DNA of 64,000 nucleotides from Okamejei kenojei (taxonomy: Eukaryota). Below are positions 37,021 to 49,632 of the stretch, one piece after another. Location of the stretch: NCBI GenBank assembly GCA_035221665.1, contig CM069132.1, forward strand, positions 67,828,001-67,892,000. The letters run 5' to 3'. The position numbers and the translations under genes are program-made. Numbering within the stretch: position 1 is the first letter of the stretch; each line of letters opens with the position of its first letter. The notes beneath the pieces were generated by a model, which saw nothing but the letters and a program-made list of their open reading frames with translations, searched no databases and was not told the DNA's origin.

Positions 37021-38117
37021 ATGTGTGCATTAACCCCAATGGACTTGATGGTCTTATTTCCTTCTGATGTTCTTATAATTTTTCTTCAAGGGTCCAAACT
37101 AGTTGACCTCTTGTGTCTGGACATTAACGTAAATTAACTACCATTTAGGTAGCAATTTAAAATAAAGTTCACAAACAATTCGGTTGGATTCTGATTAGCA
37201 ATATTCTCAATTTCAGCTAATAGCAGTCTCCTGTTCATCTTTAACCTTTGAAATGGAGTAAAGGAGATTGCCAATTGCTCCACTTAATGGATCAAGGAGC
37301 AGTCTATGTATATACATCTCTTATAACATTGGAATATGTAAAAAAAAAATCATTGCGTCTCAAATACATAATTGGTTAATTTAACTTCTGAAGAAAGAAA
37401 AACTAATTTTTACTTCAATTTGACCTTAAAGGAAATTTCATTTCCTTTTGTACACTTTCGGCAATGGTGATACATTCTTAATTTAGCGAATATCATGAAT
37501 ATTATCATTCACTTCCTTACTAATTTACTTGAGCAGTTAAATCATTTAACATATCCTCATGCTGCCTTTTTTTCCACCCTTAATCACATGGAAAAAAGTA
37601 ACTTGGACACCCGCATTCTGAACTGTAGTGTGTGAATGATGCACAAGCATTTAAATAATTCCCCCTACTTTCAACAACAAAATGTGTATCATGCAATTAT
37701 TTTCTTTTTTGCAATAATAATGCTGCAAGGTGATAAAGGGTAATTGAATTATGTATATTTGTTATTTTCAACATCTTTATGTTAAAATTCCTGTTTCCAC
37801 CACCAACCTATTTGTAAAGGTGAGAATAGATGAGGTGTCTTTATGGAGTCCAGTCAATACTTCACATCTACATTCTTCTGTCAATATGATAGTCTTCCCA
37901 TTTCTCTCAATGTCCCCCTTGTCAATGAGCCCATATCAGCGCTAATAATGCAAGCAGTAGTACAAGGGATAAACAAAAAATCATCCAAACGATATTGCGT
38001 ATTAAATTTGAAGCTTAAATGCATTTCTTTGGGACTCAGTGGAAAATTGTGTCACAGTCCTCACTGATTATGATAAACCATTGTGTGGTGGCAGCTAGGT
38101 GTGCAGCTGAGACCTGC

Positions 38118-38650
38118 GTGTACAGTGAGCAAATTTGGGCCCCATATCTGAGGAAGGATGTGTTGGCTCTGCAGAGGGTCCAGAAGAGGTTTACAAGAAT
38201 GGTTCCAGGAATGTGTGGGTTAACATTTGATGAGCGTTTGACAGCACTGGGCCTCTATATGCTGGAGTTTAGAAGGTTGAGGGGGGACCTCATTGAAACT
38301 TAAGGAATAATGAATGGCATAGATAGAGTGGATGTAGAAAGGATGTTTCCACTGGTGGGAGAGTCTAGGACCAGAGGTCATAGTCTCGGAATTAAAGGGC
38401 GCTCTTTTAGAAAGGAGGCGAGGAGGAACTTCTTTAGTCGTAGGGTAGTTCATCTGTGGAATGCATTGCCACAGAGGGCTGAGGAGGCCAAATCAGTGAA
38501 TATTTTTAAGGCAGAAATAGACAAATTCTTGATTAGAACGGGTGTCAAGGGTTATGGGGAGAAGTTAGGAAAATGGGATTAGGAGGCAAAGATCAGCCAT
38601 GATTGAATGGCGGAGTAGACTCAATGGGCCAAATGGCCTAATTCTACTAA
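38118..38650 (+). mobile_element. CR1 LINE 3' end
   Basis: QIWAPYLRKDVLALQRVQKRFTRMVPG..LEFRRLRGDLIET..GESRTRGHSL..GYGEK. Confidence 0.92.
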
Positions 38651-38785
38651 CACTTGTGATATCAGTCAGTTTGGATTGTATGTTTGGTATTGCTGCAACA
38701 ACATTAAAGTGGGCATTGCACTTCAGAAAACAGGGGTGCCTCAAATGGAAAAGCAGGCTCAAACTGGTGGAAGAAGGGTGGCACC

Positions 38786-39032
38786 TGACTACGGGTGCTG
38801 TCTGTACGGAGTTTGTACGTTCTCCCCATGACCACGAGATTGTTCCCGGGAGCTCCAGTTTCCTCACACATTCCAAAGATGTGCACATTTATTGGTTAAT
38901 TTGCTAAATAAAATAGTAAATTGTCCCTAGTGTGTGTAGTATGGGGTTAGTGTGCGGGGATCGTTGATCGGCACGGACTTCGTGGGCCGAAGGGTCTGTT
39001 TCCATGGTGCATCTCTAAAATAAACTAAACAA
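38786..39032 (+). mobile_element. HE1-like V-SINE (5' truncated)
   Basis: V domain GGTGCTGTCTGTACGGAGTTTGTACGTTCTCCCC..CTCCAGTTTCCTC..TCCAAAGA; LINE-derived tail GGGCCGAAGGGTCTGTTTCC..TAAACTAAA. Confidence 0.88.
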
Positions 39033-39597
39033 AAGATCTACGGTCAAAATTAGAAAGCTATCCTGATGGAACATCGACCGGCAGGGGGCCTACCACTGAA
39101 GATGCAAGAGAATTTTACAGATGGACTTTATACTTTATTAATATACTTTATGGACCAATACTTTATTTGAGACAAATAATTCTATAACTCTCCCTGGTGA
39201 TAACCTCAGCACCGAAAGTTCACATTCTCTTGTGTACCTGACTTGGAAAAGCCAAGCCAAACATTTTCAAGAGTTTTTTTTAAATCACCATGACAACTCA
39301 CACTGCAGCACTAAGAGATTGTGTGTCTACTACTCAATCTGCAGTGGAAATCGAGGCCTCAACCATCAGACTTCACAATCACCGTATTTGCACCTGTTGA
39401 AATAGAGCTAGAGAGTCATAGAGCTGTACAGCACAGGCTCTTTGGTCTAATTTATTCCTGCTGACAAACCTGAGGTAGTCCCATGCTTGCCACACCTGCC
39501 TGTGCATGGCCCATACCCCTCCATCCCTTTCCCGGGGTCAAGGAAAGAACGTTCATGTCCCGGCCCGGTTTCCACCAATCTTCCACCACCACACACA

Positions 39598-40345
39598 AGA
39601 ATCAGAATCAGAATTTATTCGCCAAGTATGTTTTGCAACATACGAGGAATTTCACTGGCCAGGTCAGTCATATAATTAAAAGCAACAGACTCAAAAACAC
39701 ATGTTAACATGAACACCCACCACAGTGACTCCTACACATTCCTCACTGTGATGGAAGGCAAAATAAAGTTTCATGTCCTTTTATTCTTCCTCAGTCGGGG
39801 GCCTCGAGCCCTCCGTTGACGGGATGGTCTTGACTCCCGTAGCCAGAGGCATTCGGGCCCTCCACGTCGAGGCGTTCTGCTCTTGCATCGGGGCGGTTGT
39901 CAGATCCCCTCGCGCCGGGCGATCGAACCTCGCGTTGGGGCTGGTCGAATCATCTGCGGCATTGGAGCTCCAGACTAGCCTCTCCCGAGACTGCGAGCCC
40001 TTGATGGCAAGTCCGCAGTGGTCACGGTGGGAGCAATCCCCGGCAAGGGATCCGCTCCGATGTTAAGTCCGCGCCCCACGATGGAGCTCACGGCAGTCAG
40101 AGGCGGCTCCCAGCTCCAGCGATGTTAGGCCGCAGATCACGGAGAATGTGATCCGAAAATCAATCACATCTCTGGGAAGGTAAGAAATTGTAAAAAAAAG
40201 TTTTCCCCGATACCCCACCCCCCCCCCCCCCCCCCCACCAACATAAAACAAACCGAAGAACATAAAAACAAACTTTTAACAGACGCTAAAAATAACAAAA
40301 AGGTGAAAAAATGAACAGACTGCCGGCAGGGCTGGCCATCCCCCC
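39598..40345 (-). mobile_element. Non-autonomous retroposon with Rex1-like 3' tail and GC-rich body
   Basis: (TTCTGA)n tail plus TTTATTCGCCAAGTATG..CATACGAGGAATTT homologous to the Rex1 tail at 56980; CpG-rich non-coding interior. Confidence 0.55.
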
Positions 40346-40499
40346 CGGCTCCCCTTAATCACAAGAAGCGGCAAGACAGACACCATTGCATGAAGATGCC
40401 GAGAAGTGTGTTCAGCTCTGACTGAACAACTTCTAATCTTGTGTGTGGACTCGATAAGAAGACACTTTTATCAATCCATGTACCATAACCAAGTTTATT

Positions 40500-40975
40500 T
40501 TAAATGTCATAATGGTGCCCGCTTCTACCACTTCCTCTATGCGATACACTCTGTTTGAAAAGGTTGTCCGTCTTTAAATCTTTCCTCTCTCATCTTAAAC
40601 CCATGGCTTCTAGTTTTCAACGCTCATACCATGTGGTTATTCAACTGATCCATGGCCTTCAATATTTTAAAAACCTATTTTCTGCACCTTTTCCAATTTA
40701 ATCTCAGCATTCATGCAGCAGGATGACTATAATAGGACAGAGTACTCCAAATATAACCTGACGTGTAACCTGATGAACCTACGCTGCACTCCCTCAATAC
40801 CAAGAATGTCCTTCCTCAAATTAGGTGAGCGAACCTGCACACAATACTCCAGGTATGGTTTAACCAGGGCCCTGTACAACTGCAGCAGGACCTCCTTGCT
40901 CCTATACTCAAATCCTCTCACTATGAAGGTCAACCTGCCATTTACTTTCTTCACTACCTGCTGTACCTGCATGAA
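40500..40975 (-). mobile_element. CR1 fragments
   Basis: QVQQVVKKVNGRLTFIVRGFEYRSKEVLLQLYRALVKPYLEYCVQ on minus strand. Confidence 0.85.
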
Positions 40976-41907
40976 CATTTCAATCTACTGTCTGCCCCTT
41001 CCCCCTCGCCGGTTCCCCCTTCATTCTTGGCACTCCCCACCCCAACGGGTTCCCCCCTTTGTTCTCGGCGGCCCTCTCTGCCAGGTCCCCCATGTCACCT
41101 GCTGCCACATGCAGTGGCAAGCAGAAGACTGTTAGATGAACTTTTGTAACTGTCGGTACCAATAACGTATCTAGTTGTGATCTGCTGTATGATTATACAG
41201 GTTGTAAGCAAAACAATGCATTTCACTGTACCCAGGTACATGTGACAATACAGTATCATTGAATCTTTAAGGAGCCCTATTTTCTCCCCGTTATTCTTTT
41301 GTTCATACAACATTTGCAGAATCTCTTTGTGCTTCAGCCTCCAGATTAAAGCCTTATTTTACGCTGGAGCTAGACTCTTTCACGCTGCTTGATATAACAC
41401 GGGCTTTCATGCAAAGCTGCCAATGTCCTTGGCAGCTCATTATAAAACTGAATGGAAAAATAATGATATAAAATACCATATTGGTGATTTAAAAATGGAA
41501 GTCATTATTCCATTACAAAATCTATTTGAAGTTTGTATTTTTGTTAAAATTGCATATTTACATATAACACACTCATGCCTGACAGTTTAGAGAGCACTAT
41601 TTCCAAGTTACTTTCATTTTAGTAGTAACTGTATACTATCAGCTTTAATAAATTTCTTCTAGTTTCATTTTCTACTTTCAATAATGGTGAATTTGCCAAA
41701 ATGAACACATTAACTCATTGAATTGAAATTTACCTTTGGCTAGCCTTCAAATGTACCTTGATATCTAACCTTGTTTTCATGAATAATATTACAGAGTTTA
41801 GATAAACTTAGTCTTAGCAGTACATCAGGAATTACAGTAAACAGAAAGCAGTAATTATCTAAATTACTTCTAAACCCATCACCTCTTTCAGACCTCCGTC
41901 CCAGGTC

Positions 41908-42233
41908 GGCTCAGTGGCGCAGCGGTAGAGTTGCTGCCTCTCAGTGCCAGAGACCCAGACTACAGGTACTGACTACAGGTGCTGTTGTACGGAGTTCGTA
42001 AGTTCACCCAGTGACTGTAGTTATCTCCGGGTGCTCCAGTTTCCTCCCACATTCCAAATAAATTCAGGTTTGCAGGTAAATTGGCTTCTGTAAATTGTCA
42101 TTAGCGTGTAGGATGGAACTAGTGTACGAGATTAGTTTATGCACCAAGGTGCAATGAAGCCCACAGAGTAAACAGTTTGTTGGTCAGCATGGAATAAATG
42201 GGCTGAAGGGACTGTTTCCATGCTGTATCTCTA
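41908..42233 (+). mobile_element. HE1-like V-SINE with tRNA-derived head
   Basis: GGCTCAGTGGCGCAGCGGTAGAGTTGCTGCCTC head (A box), V domain, tail GGGCTGAAGGGACTGTTTCCATGCTGTATCTCTA. Confidence 0.88.
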
Positions 42234-42291
42234 GAATGATGATTGCTACCACATACTCCTACTTTTAACTCATTTGGTTATTCCACTATTA

Positions 42292-44785
42292 CATAGAAAC
42301 ATAGAAAATAGGTGCAGGAGGAGGCCATTCGGCCCTTCTAGCCAGCACCGCCATTCATTGTGATCATGTCTGATCGTCCCCAATCAATAACCCGTGCCTG
42401 CCTTCTCCCCATATACCTTGATTCTACTAGCCCCTAGAGCTCTAACTCTCTCTTAAATCCATCCAGTGATTTTGCCTCCACTGCCCTCTGTGTCAGGGAA
42501 TTCACAATTCTCTGTGTGAAAAAGGTTTTTTCTCACTTCAGTCTTAAAAGGCCTCCCCTTTATTCTAAGACTGTGGCCCCTGGTTCTGGACTCGCCCAAC
42601 ATTGGGAACATTTTTCCTGCATCTAGCTTGTCCAGTATTTTATAATTTTATATGTTTCTATAAGTTTTCCCCCTCATCCTTCTAAACTCCAGTGAATACA
42701 AGCCTAGTCTTTTCAATGACAGTTCCGCCATCATATGACAGTCCCGCCATCCCAGGGACCAATTTCGTGAACCTACGCTGCACTGCCTCAATCACAAGGA
42801 TGTCCTTCCTCAAATTAGGAGACCAAAGATGTACACAATACTCCAGATGTGGTCTTACCAGAGCCCTATACAACTGCAGAAGAACCTCTTTACTCCTATA
42901 CTGAAATCCTCTCGTTATGAAGGCCAACATTCCATTAGCTCTCTTCACTGCCTGCTGTACCTGCACGCCAACTTTCAGTGACCGGTGTACAAGGACACCC
43001 AGGTCTCGCTGCACCTCCCCCTTACCTAACCTAACCCCATTGAGATAATAATCTGCCCCCCTGTTTTTGCAGCCAAAGTGGATAACCTCAAATTTATCTA
43101 TATTGTACTGCATCTGCCATGCTTCTGCCCACTCACTCAACATGTCCAGGTCACCCTGCAACCTTCTAACATCCTCTTCACAGTTCACACTGCCACCCAG
43201 CTTTGTGTCTTCTGCAAGCTTGCTAGTGTTGCTCCTAATTCCCTCTTCCAAATCTTTAATATATGGCAACCAGTTGCGGTCCCAACACCGAGCCTTGCAG
43301 CACTCCACTCGCCTCTGCCTGCCATTCTGAAAAGGACCCGTTCACTACTACTCTTTGCTTCCTGTCTGCCAACCAATTTTCTATCCACGTCAACACCCAA
43401 CCCAATATGCTTCAATATTAGTCACTAATCTCCTGTGTGGGACCTTATCAAAGGCTTTCTGAAAGTCTAGATATTTACTTGTCACATCCTCAGAAAATTC
43501 CAGAAGATTAGTCAAGCATGATTTCCCTTTCATAAATCCATGTTTACTCGGACTAGTCCTTTTACTGCTATCCAAATGCCCCATTATTACCTATTTAATA
43601 ATTGACTCCAGCATCTTTCCCACCACCGAAGTCAGGCTAACTGGTCTGTAATTCCCTGCTTTCTCTCTCTCCTTTTTTGAAAAGTGGGATTCCTCTAAAC
43701 CATAGGAACTGATCCTGAATCTATTGAACATTGGAAAATGATCACCAATGCATCGACTATTTCTAGAGCCACCTCCCTGAGGACCCTGGGATGTAGACCA
43801 TCTGGCCGTGGGGATTTATCATCCTTCAGTCCCATTAGCCTACCCAATACTATTTCTCGCCTAGTCGACATTTCTTTCAGTTCCTCTACCCCCTTGGATC
43901 CTCTGTCCTCCAGTACATCTGGGAGATTGTTTGTGTCTGTTTGTGAAGACAGATCCAAAGTACCTGTTCAATTCTTCTGCTTCTTGTTCCCCATAATAAT
44001 TTCACCCATGTCTGCCTTCAAGGGACCCACATTTGACTTTGGTACTCTTTTTCCCTTAACATATCCAAAGAAGCTTTTACTATCCTTCTTTATATTCCAG
44101 GTGAGTTTCCCTCGTACTTCATATTTTCTGCCCGTATTGCCCATTTTGTTTCCTTCTGTTGTCCTACGAAAGTTTCCCAATCCTCTGGCTTCCGGCTACT
44201 CTTTGCTGTGTTATACATCTTTTCTTTTGTTTTATTCTATCCCTAACTTCTCTTGTCAGCCACGGTTGCCTCCTACTCCCCTTAGAATCTTTCTTCCTTT
44301 TTGGAATGAAATGATCCTGCGTCTTCTGGATTATGCCCAGAAATTCCTGCCATTGCTGTTCCACCATCATTTCTGCGAGGATCCCTTTCCAGTCTACCTT
44401 GGCTAGCTCCTCTCTCATGCCTTCATAGTTCCCTTTGTTCAGCTGCATCACTGATACTTCCGATTTAACCTTCTCCTTCGCAAATTGCAGATTAAAACTA
44501 ATCATATTATGATCACTACCTCCAAGCAGTTCCTTTACCTCGAGTTCTCTTATCAAATCTGGTTCATTAGACAACACTAAATCCAGAATTGCCTTTGCTC
44601 TGGTTGGCTCCATTACAAGCTGCTGTTGGAGAATCCATCTCGGAGACATTCTACAAACTCTCTTTCTTGGGGTCCTGAACCAACCTGATTATCACAATCT
44701 ACCTGTGTATTGAAATCCCCCATCACCACAGTGGCATTACCTTTGTTACATGCCAGTTTTAACTCCTGCTGCAACTTTCAGCCTA
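42292..44785 (-). mobile_element. CR1 (HER1-like) LINE, 2.5 kb 5'-truncated
   Basis: EN end LDLVLSNE..GGSDHNMI, KSPRPDG, HGFMKGKSCLTNLLEF, LDFQKAFDKVPH, degenerate FADD (LAEDTKLGG), YRALVRPHLEYC; (TTTCTATG)n tail. Confidence 0.93.
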
Positions 44786-45304
44786 TTCAATATGTCCAGA
44801 AGGTGGGTTAGAGGCTGTCTGATCTGCTGAGTTCCGCCAGCAGATAGTTTGCTGTTCCTTCTAACCCAGAGGTGAGAGGAGAGAGCTCCATTGACCTTAT
44901 TAAATGAGAGGCGAAGATCTGAGGTGAATATAATTTATTTCCTTATCTCATGCATGTGTTTGAATAGGATTTAGTCAATCAGTGAATAACCAAAATAACA
45001 TTCCCCAATTGAAATTGATCTATTATTAAAAACTCCTACTTAATTTAGGAAACCAATAAATTCTTCAAGTGCACGGTCCTTAATGGATGATTAACATGAA
45101 GCCAAATGCGTGTACTGACAGTGGTAAAGACTGTGATAAATTTCAAACATCTGTCACCCCCTAACCTGCAACATTTCATCATTAGCATGTACCTACCTGC
45201 AATTGCAGGATAAAATGCAATGGGTACAAATATGTCAGATAATTACCGCACAGGATTAATCATGTGGCTGTGCATCCTTCCAAGAACTACATGTCTTAAT
45301 TGTG

Positions 45305-45755
45305 GAAGAGATTTCCCAGGATGTTGCCTGGAATCAAGGGCTCTACGTAAAATAAAAGATTGGCTGCTCTCATTCCTGATTGGAAAGTAGGAGACTGAGG
45401 GATGACCTTATAGAAACTACAAAATTATGAGGAGCATAGACATAATAGATAGAAACTTTTTTCCAAGAGCAGTGGAGTCCAGAACTAGAGGACACATATT
45501 TAAGAGGAGGGGAAACATTTAAAGGAGATCTGAGGTGGTCAGTTTTTCATACATAGAGCATGGTGGGTATTTAGTATGTGCAGCCAAATGGGATCATGGA
45601 GGCAGATACTATTACAATGTTTAAGCTGGATAGATTCTTGGATGGAAAATGAGGTGTGTAATATGGACCCAACATGAGTAAATGGGATTAATTTAGTTAG
45701 TATGAACGAGGTAGAGCTGAAAGGCCGATTTCAGTGCTGCATGTTTCAATGATTG
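45305..45755 (+). mobile_element. Old CR1 3' fragment whose tail hosts the solo LTR
   Basis: GGAGACTGAGGGATGACCTTATAGAAAC..CAGAACTAGAGGACAC..GCTGAAAGGCCGATTTCAGTGCTG; tail resumes at 46796. Confidence 0.7.
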
Positions 45756-45973
45756 TGTGGCGTCAGCTAATACACAGACCACTTATGGTCGAACCCTCGT
45801 CAGTAGCTATGAGGGCTGGCACATGATGTCACGGCCTAGGGGGAGTGTCCTGCTACTTAAGCTTATCTCACCTCGAGACCTAGGGAGTCAACAGGTAGCT
45901 GAGCCCGAGAGAACAACCTCACTCAGCTACAGCAGCAATGATAATTACGTTAGCGGACCAACATAACATGTAA

Positions 45974-46718
45974 AGGGCCTGTCCACCAGCATGCGACTGC
46001 ATGTGGCTAGCGCAACCAAACGTGGTCGCTTGAGGCGTACGGCCTCGCGGGACCAGTCCCACTTCGATCGGCGGAGGCGTATGGAGTTGTGCGGGACTGG
46101 TCCTGACATCGCGCGGGGCTCAAAAAATCTTGCACTGTCCGAAAGTCCGGCGCGCCAACGGCCTGTCGGCCTGCAGGCACATTGAAGGCGTACGCAGTGT
46201 CTTGATGTCGTACGCAGCGTCTTGATGTCGTATGCAGCGTCTTGATGTCGTACGCAGCATCTTGATGGCGTATGCCTAGCACGTGGGGTTGCGCGATGAC
46301 GTCACTGCCCGGCACGCCGTTGCATGATGACATCACCGCCCAACGCCGTGCGACGTCCAAATTCAGTCGGCCCGCCTCCTGCCCAGCTGATTGGTAAGTA
46401 TGATAACCATATAACCATATAACCATATAACAATTACAGCACGGAAACAGGCCCTCTCGGCCCTTCCAGTCCGTGCCGACCATTTGTTTTCCCCTAGTCC
46501 CATCTACCTGCACTCAGACCATACCCCTCCATTCCCTTCACGTCCATATACCTATCCACTTTACTCTTAAATGTTAAAATGATGTTGGGACCAGCCCCGC
46601 ACAACTCCATACGCCTCCGCGGTTCGAATTGGGGCCGGCTCCGCGAGGCCGTATGCCTCAAGCGATCACGTTTGGTCGCGCTGGACGCATGCAATCGCAT
46701 GCTGGTGGGACAGGCCCT
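45974..46718. mobile_element. Harbinger-type MITE (family C) with ~135-bp TIRs and 20-bp tandem repeats
   Basis: AGGGCCTGTCCACCAGCATGCG.. / ..CGCATGCTGGTGGGACAGGCCCT; flanks TAA/CAA; (CGTACGCAGCGTCTTGATGT)x4 at ~46189-46276. Confidence 0.88.
46402..46580 (-). mobile_element. Young CR1-type LINE 3' fragment inside the MITE
   Basis: Near-identical to 20501-20668, with (TTATATGG)n tail. Confidence 0.88.
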
Positions 46719-47058
46719 CAACACCTGAATAAAACTACTATTTGAACCTGCCTGATGTCTGGCCTTATTCACCACGTTTGGTGCCGCTACAATTGTATGA
46801 TTCTAAGTTATGTTTAGTATTGTCTGTTTGCAGACAACATAAATGTAATGTATATGCTGAGAATCTGTTAATTGGCAGATGCCTCTGTGGGTTGGTAGTC
46901 TCTAGTGGATTAGCATGCAAATGCACAGAATATTATTGAGAAAACACAGAAAGCTTGGATTTACTTAAGGTTTTTTCCCAGACCTACTGCCTGCAAAAAG
47001 GACATACATGGTCATTTATTGCACAATGATGTCACTCATATTGACATGTATCACAATA

Positions 47059-47169
47059 AGGTTTACATACCAGGGATTGTCGTATGATGAGAGAAGGGAG
47101 CGGCTGGGCTTGTATACTCTGGAGTTTAGAAGGATGAGAGGGGATCTTATTGAAACATATAAGGTTATT
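47059..47169 (+). mobile_element. CR1 fragment, left part of the copy split by DIRS
   Basis: GLSYDERRERLGLYTLEFRRMRGDLIETYKVI continues at 53134 as GLNMLEAGNMF. Confidence 0.85.
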
Positions 47170-47190
47170 TTACTTCGGAGTCACGTGAGT

Positions 47191-49596
47191 ATAACCACCA
47201 GTTAGTATAAATATAACCCACACGCCCCTAGCTCTCTCTCTGGTGATCGTGACAGACCACGTATAGCTAGGGCTATATGATGTATGATTAATGAAGTAGT
47301 GAAGACCTTAAGGTGTCTGTGTACCTTCTCTACATGGCGTCAGAAGTTCTTCTTCCTGCGTCTCCAGTCTATCGCATTTTATTTTCTTAGTCCCAGCACC
47401 CCCTCCCTGTGCCGTGATGGCTTCTGCCTGTCGTAAACCTGACATCCTAGTCTTTGATGCAGACATCACTCATTGCTGGAGTGTGTTCCGACGTGACTTT
47501 GTAACTTTGTTTCACACCATTCTAATGTGTGCCCGGCGTTGGGGAAAACCTGTCATTTCTGCAACAAGCCGAACCACTTCTCGGCAGCATGCCATTCCCC
47601 TGCACAGCCACAGCAGAAACCGTCTCGCTACCTGACACGTGATGATACAGCGGCTGGTTCCCATCTCCAGCATGATGAACCCCCCCCCCCGTCTTCCCAG
47701 AATGAGCTGAGTGTGTTTTCCTTGCGAGGTGCAGCTGCTCTGATAATGGACCCGACCGTCCGAGTCACGGTGAATGGCATGGCCTTCTCTGCTAAGGTGG
47801 ATACGGGGGCTGCTGCTAATGTTATGTCAACAAGCCTGTTCAGGAAGATAAGAAATAATGAGCCCGTTTCCACAGTGCTGTTTTGCCTGCCTATGGGGGT
47901 GGCGTACTTGTTCCTGTGGGGAGGGCCACTCTCCACTGCAAGGTGCTGTAATGTGATCCCCTGCTCGGCATGGAGGCCTGCCAGGACCTCGGATTGGTGA
48001 GCTTCCACAGTGATGTCCACCTGGTAGAGGCACCCCTAAATCTGCTGGCTGAATTCCCTGACCGGTTTGACTCGAAGCTGGGGAAGTTGCCCTGCAGCTA
48101 CAAGATTGCCCTCAATCCCGACATCACGCCGGTCATCCGTACCTTGCACCGTGTGTCCTTTGCCATGAGGGGCAAGGTCAAGTCTGCTCTTCGCGAGATG
48201 GTGGCCACGGGCATCCTGAAGCCAGTCACGGGCTCCACCCGGTGGGTTTCTACTATGGTTGTCGCTGCGAAGAAAGACAAGAGCGAAATACGGATCTGCA
48301 TCAACCCTAAGGACTTGAACTTGACCATCAGGAGCCCGCACTATCCCATGCGGATGGTAGAGGATGTTGCTGCACAGGTCGGCCCTGCCACCGTGTTCTC
48401 TGTTCTTGATGCCAAGAGTTTGTTCTGGCAGATACATCTAGACGAGCAATCCTCGCACCTGACGACCTTCAGCACGCCCTTCGGCAGGTATCGCTTCCTC
48501 CGCATGCCGTTTGGGATCAACTCTGCCAGCGAGGTGTTCCAAAGGACCATGGAACAACTGTTTGCTGGACTTCTGTGTGTCATCATTGTCGACGACATCC
48601 TGGTATATGGGAAGAACGTCGCTGAGCACGACCACCACCTTCGCCAGGTGCTGCAGCGTGCCCGGGAGGTCAACCTGAAGCTCAACCCGAAGAAGTGCCG
48701 ATTCCGGGTCCCTGAGGTCACCTACGTGGGGCATGTCTTCACTGCATCGGGGCTGAAGCCCGACCCGCAGAAGACGGCCGCAATATCCGAGATGCCTGCA
48801 CCTGCGGACGTGCCTGGCCTACAGCGCTTCTTGGGCATGGTCAACTACCTGGGAAAGTTCATCCCCGACCTGAGTGAACTGAGTGCCCCTCTGCGGGATC
48901 TGGTGAAAAAGGACACTGCCTAGGCCTGGTTCCCACAACACCAGAAAGCATTTGACACCCTCAAATCTAAGCTGATCAGCATGCCAACGCTGAAGTACTT
49001 TGACCTCCAGCGCCCCATCGTCCTCACATGTGATGCATCTAAGTTTGGCCTCGGGGCCGCCTGCCTGCAGATCTATGACGGGGTGCAACTGCCTGTGTCC
49101 TACGCATCCCGCACAATGACGACCGCTGAACAACACTATGCCCAGATTGAAAAAGAGCTGCTGGCTGTTGCCTTTGCCTGCTCCAAATTCAAGGACTATA
49201 CCCTGGGCAACTGCTTTACTGTCGAGGCGGACCACCAGCCTCTGGTCACCATCATCTCCCGCGACCATGCCCTGGGCTCCCTGGCTCAGCGACTCATGTC
49301 CCGAGTCATGAGGCCCACGGTCCCGATGTCTCAGCAGTCCCTGTCCCCCTCCGTCTTTAAACCTGCCTTGGTCCGGAAACGTCTTGCCCAAAAACACGGT
49401 ATACAGAAGTGTTCCCACGATAGGTCCTGCCATGTCCTCCGCCGTCTTCTCCCCAGCCAGGTCATCCGTATGAGGTCCACTTCTGGCCGATCCAAGCTGG
49501 CCGTGGTGGACGGTTCTGCCGGTTCCCCTCGTTCGTACCTTGTCAACCACGACGGAAGGGTGTACCGCCGGTCTACACGGGTGTACCTTCTCTACA
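47191..49596 (+). mobile_element. Gypsy LTR retrotransposon, internally deleted
   Basis: Partial 5' LTR ending GTGTACCTTCTCTACA (47334), PBS TGGCGTCAGAAGT (47335-47347), gag start, CCHC knuckle, protease VDTGA, RT, RNase H, integrase C-terminus; the same LTR end recurs at 49581-49596. Confidence 0.9.
47970..49255 (+). pseudogene. Gypsy pol RT-RNase H (in-frame stop at 48921-48923)
   Basis: FSVLDAKSLFWQI, FLRMPFGINSASEVFQ, IVDDILVYG, FLGMVNY; LTCDASKFGLGA, YAQIEKELLA, DHQPL. Confidence 0.92.
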
Positions 49597-49632
49597 CGGG
49601 CTTTTTCTTGTTCTGTTTTTCAGCAAGAAGTC

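Larger units (their letters stand above)
45756..46791 (+). mobile_element. Solo LTR (~290 bp) interrupted by a MITE
   Basis: TGTGGCGTCA...TGCCGCTACA termini, 4-bp TSD ATTG (45752-45755, 46792-46795), AATAAA near 46728. Confidence 0.85.

Noticed and set aside
41908-41960. tRNA gene
   Set aside because: tRNA-derived SINE head followed by V domain and LINE tail
46189-46276. 20-bp repeat array
   Set aside because: Head-to-tail tandem repeat with no spacers inside a MITE; not CRISPR
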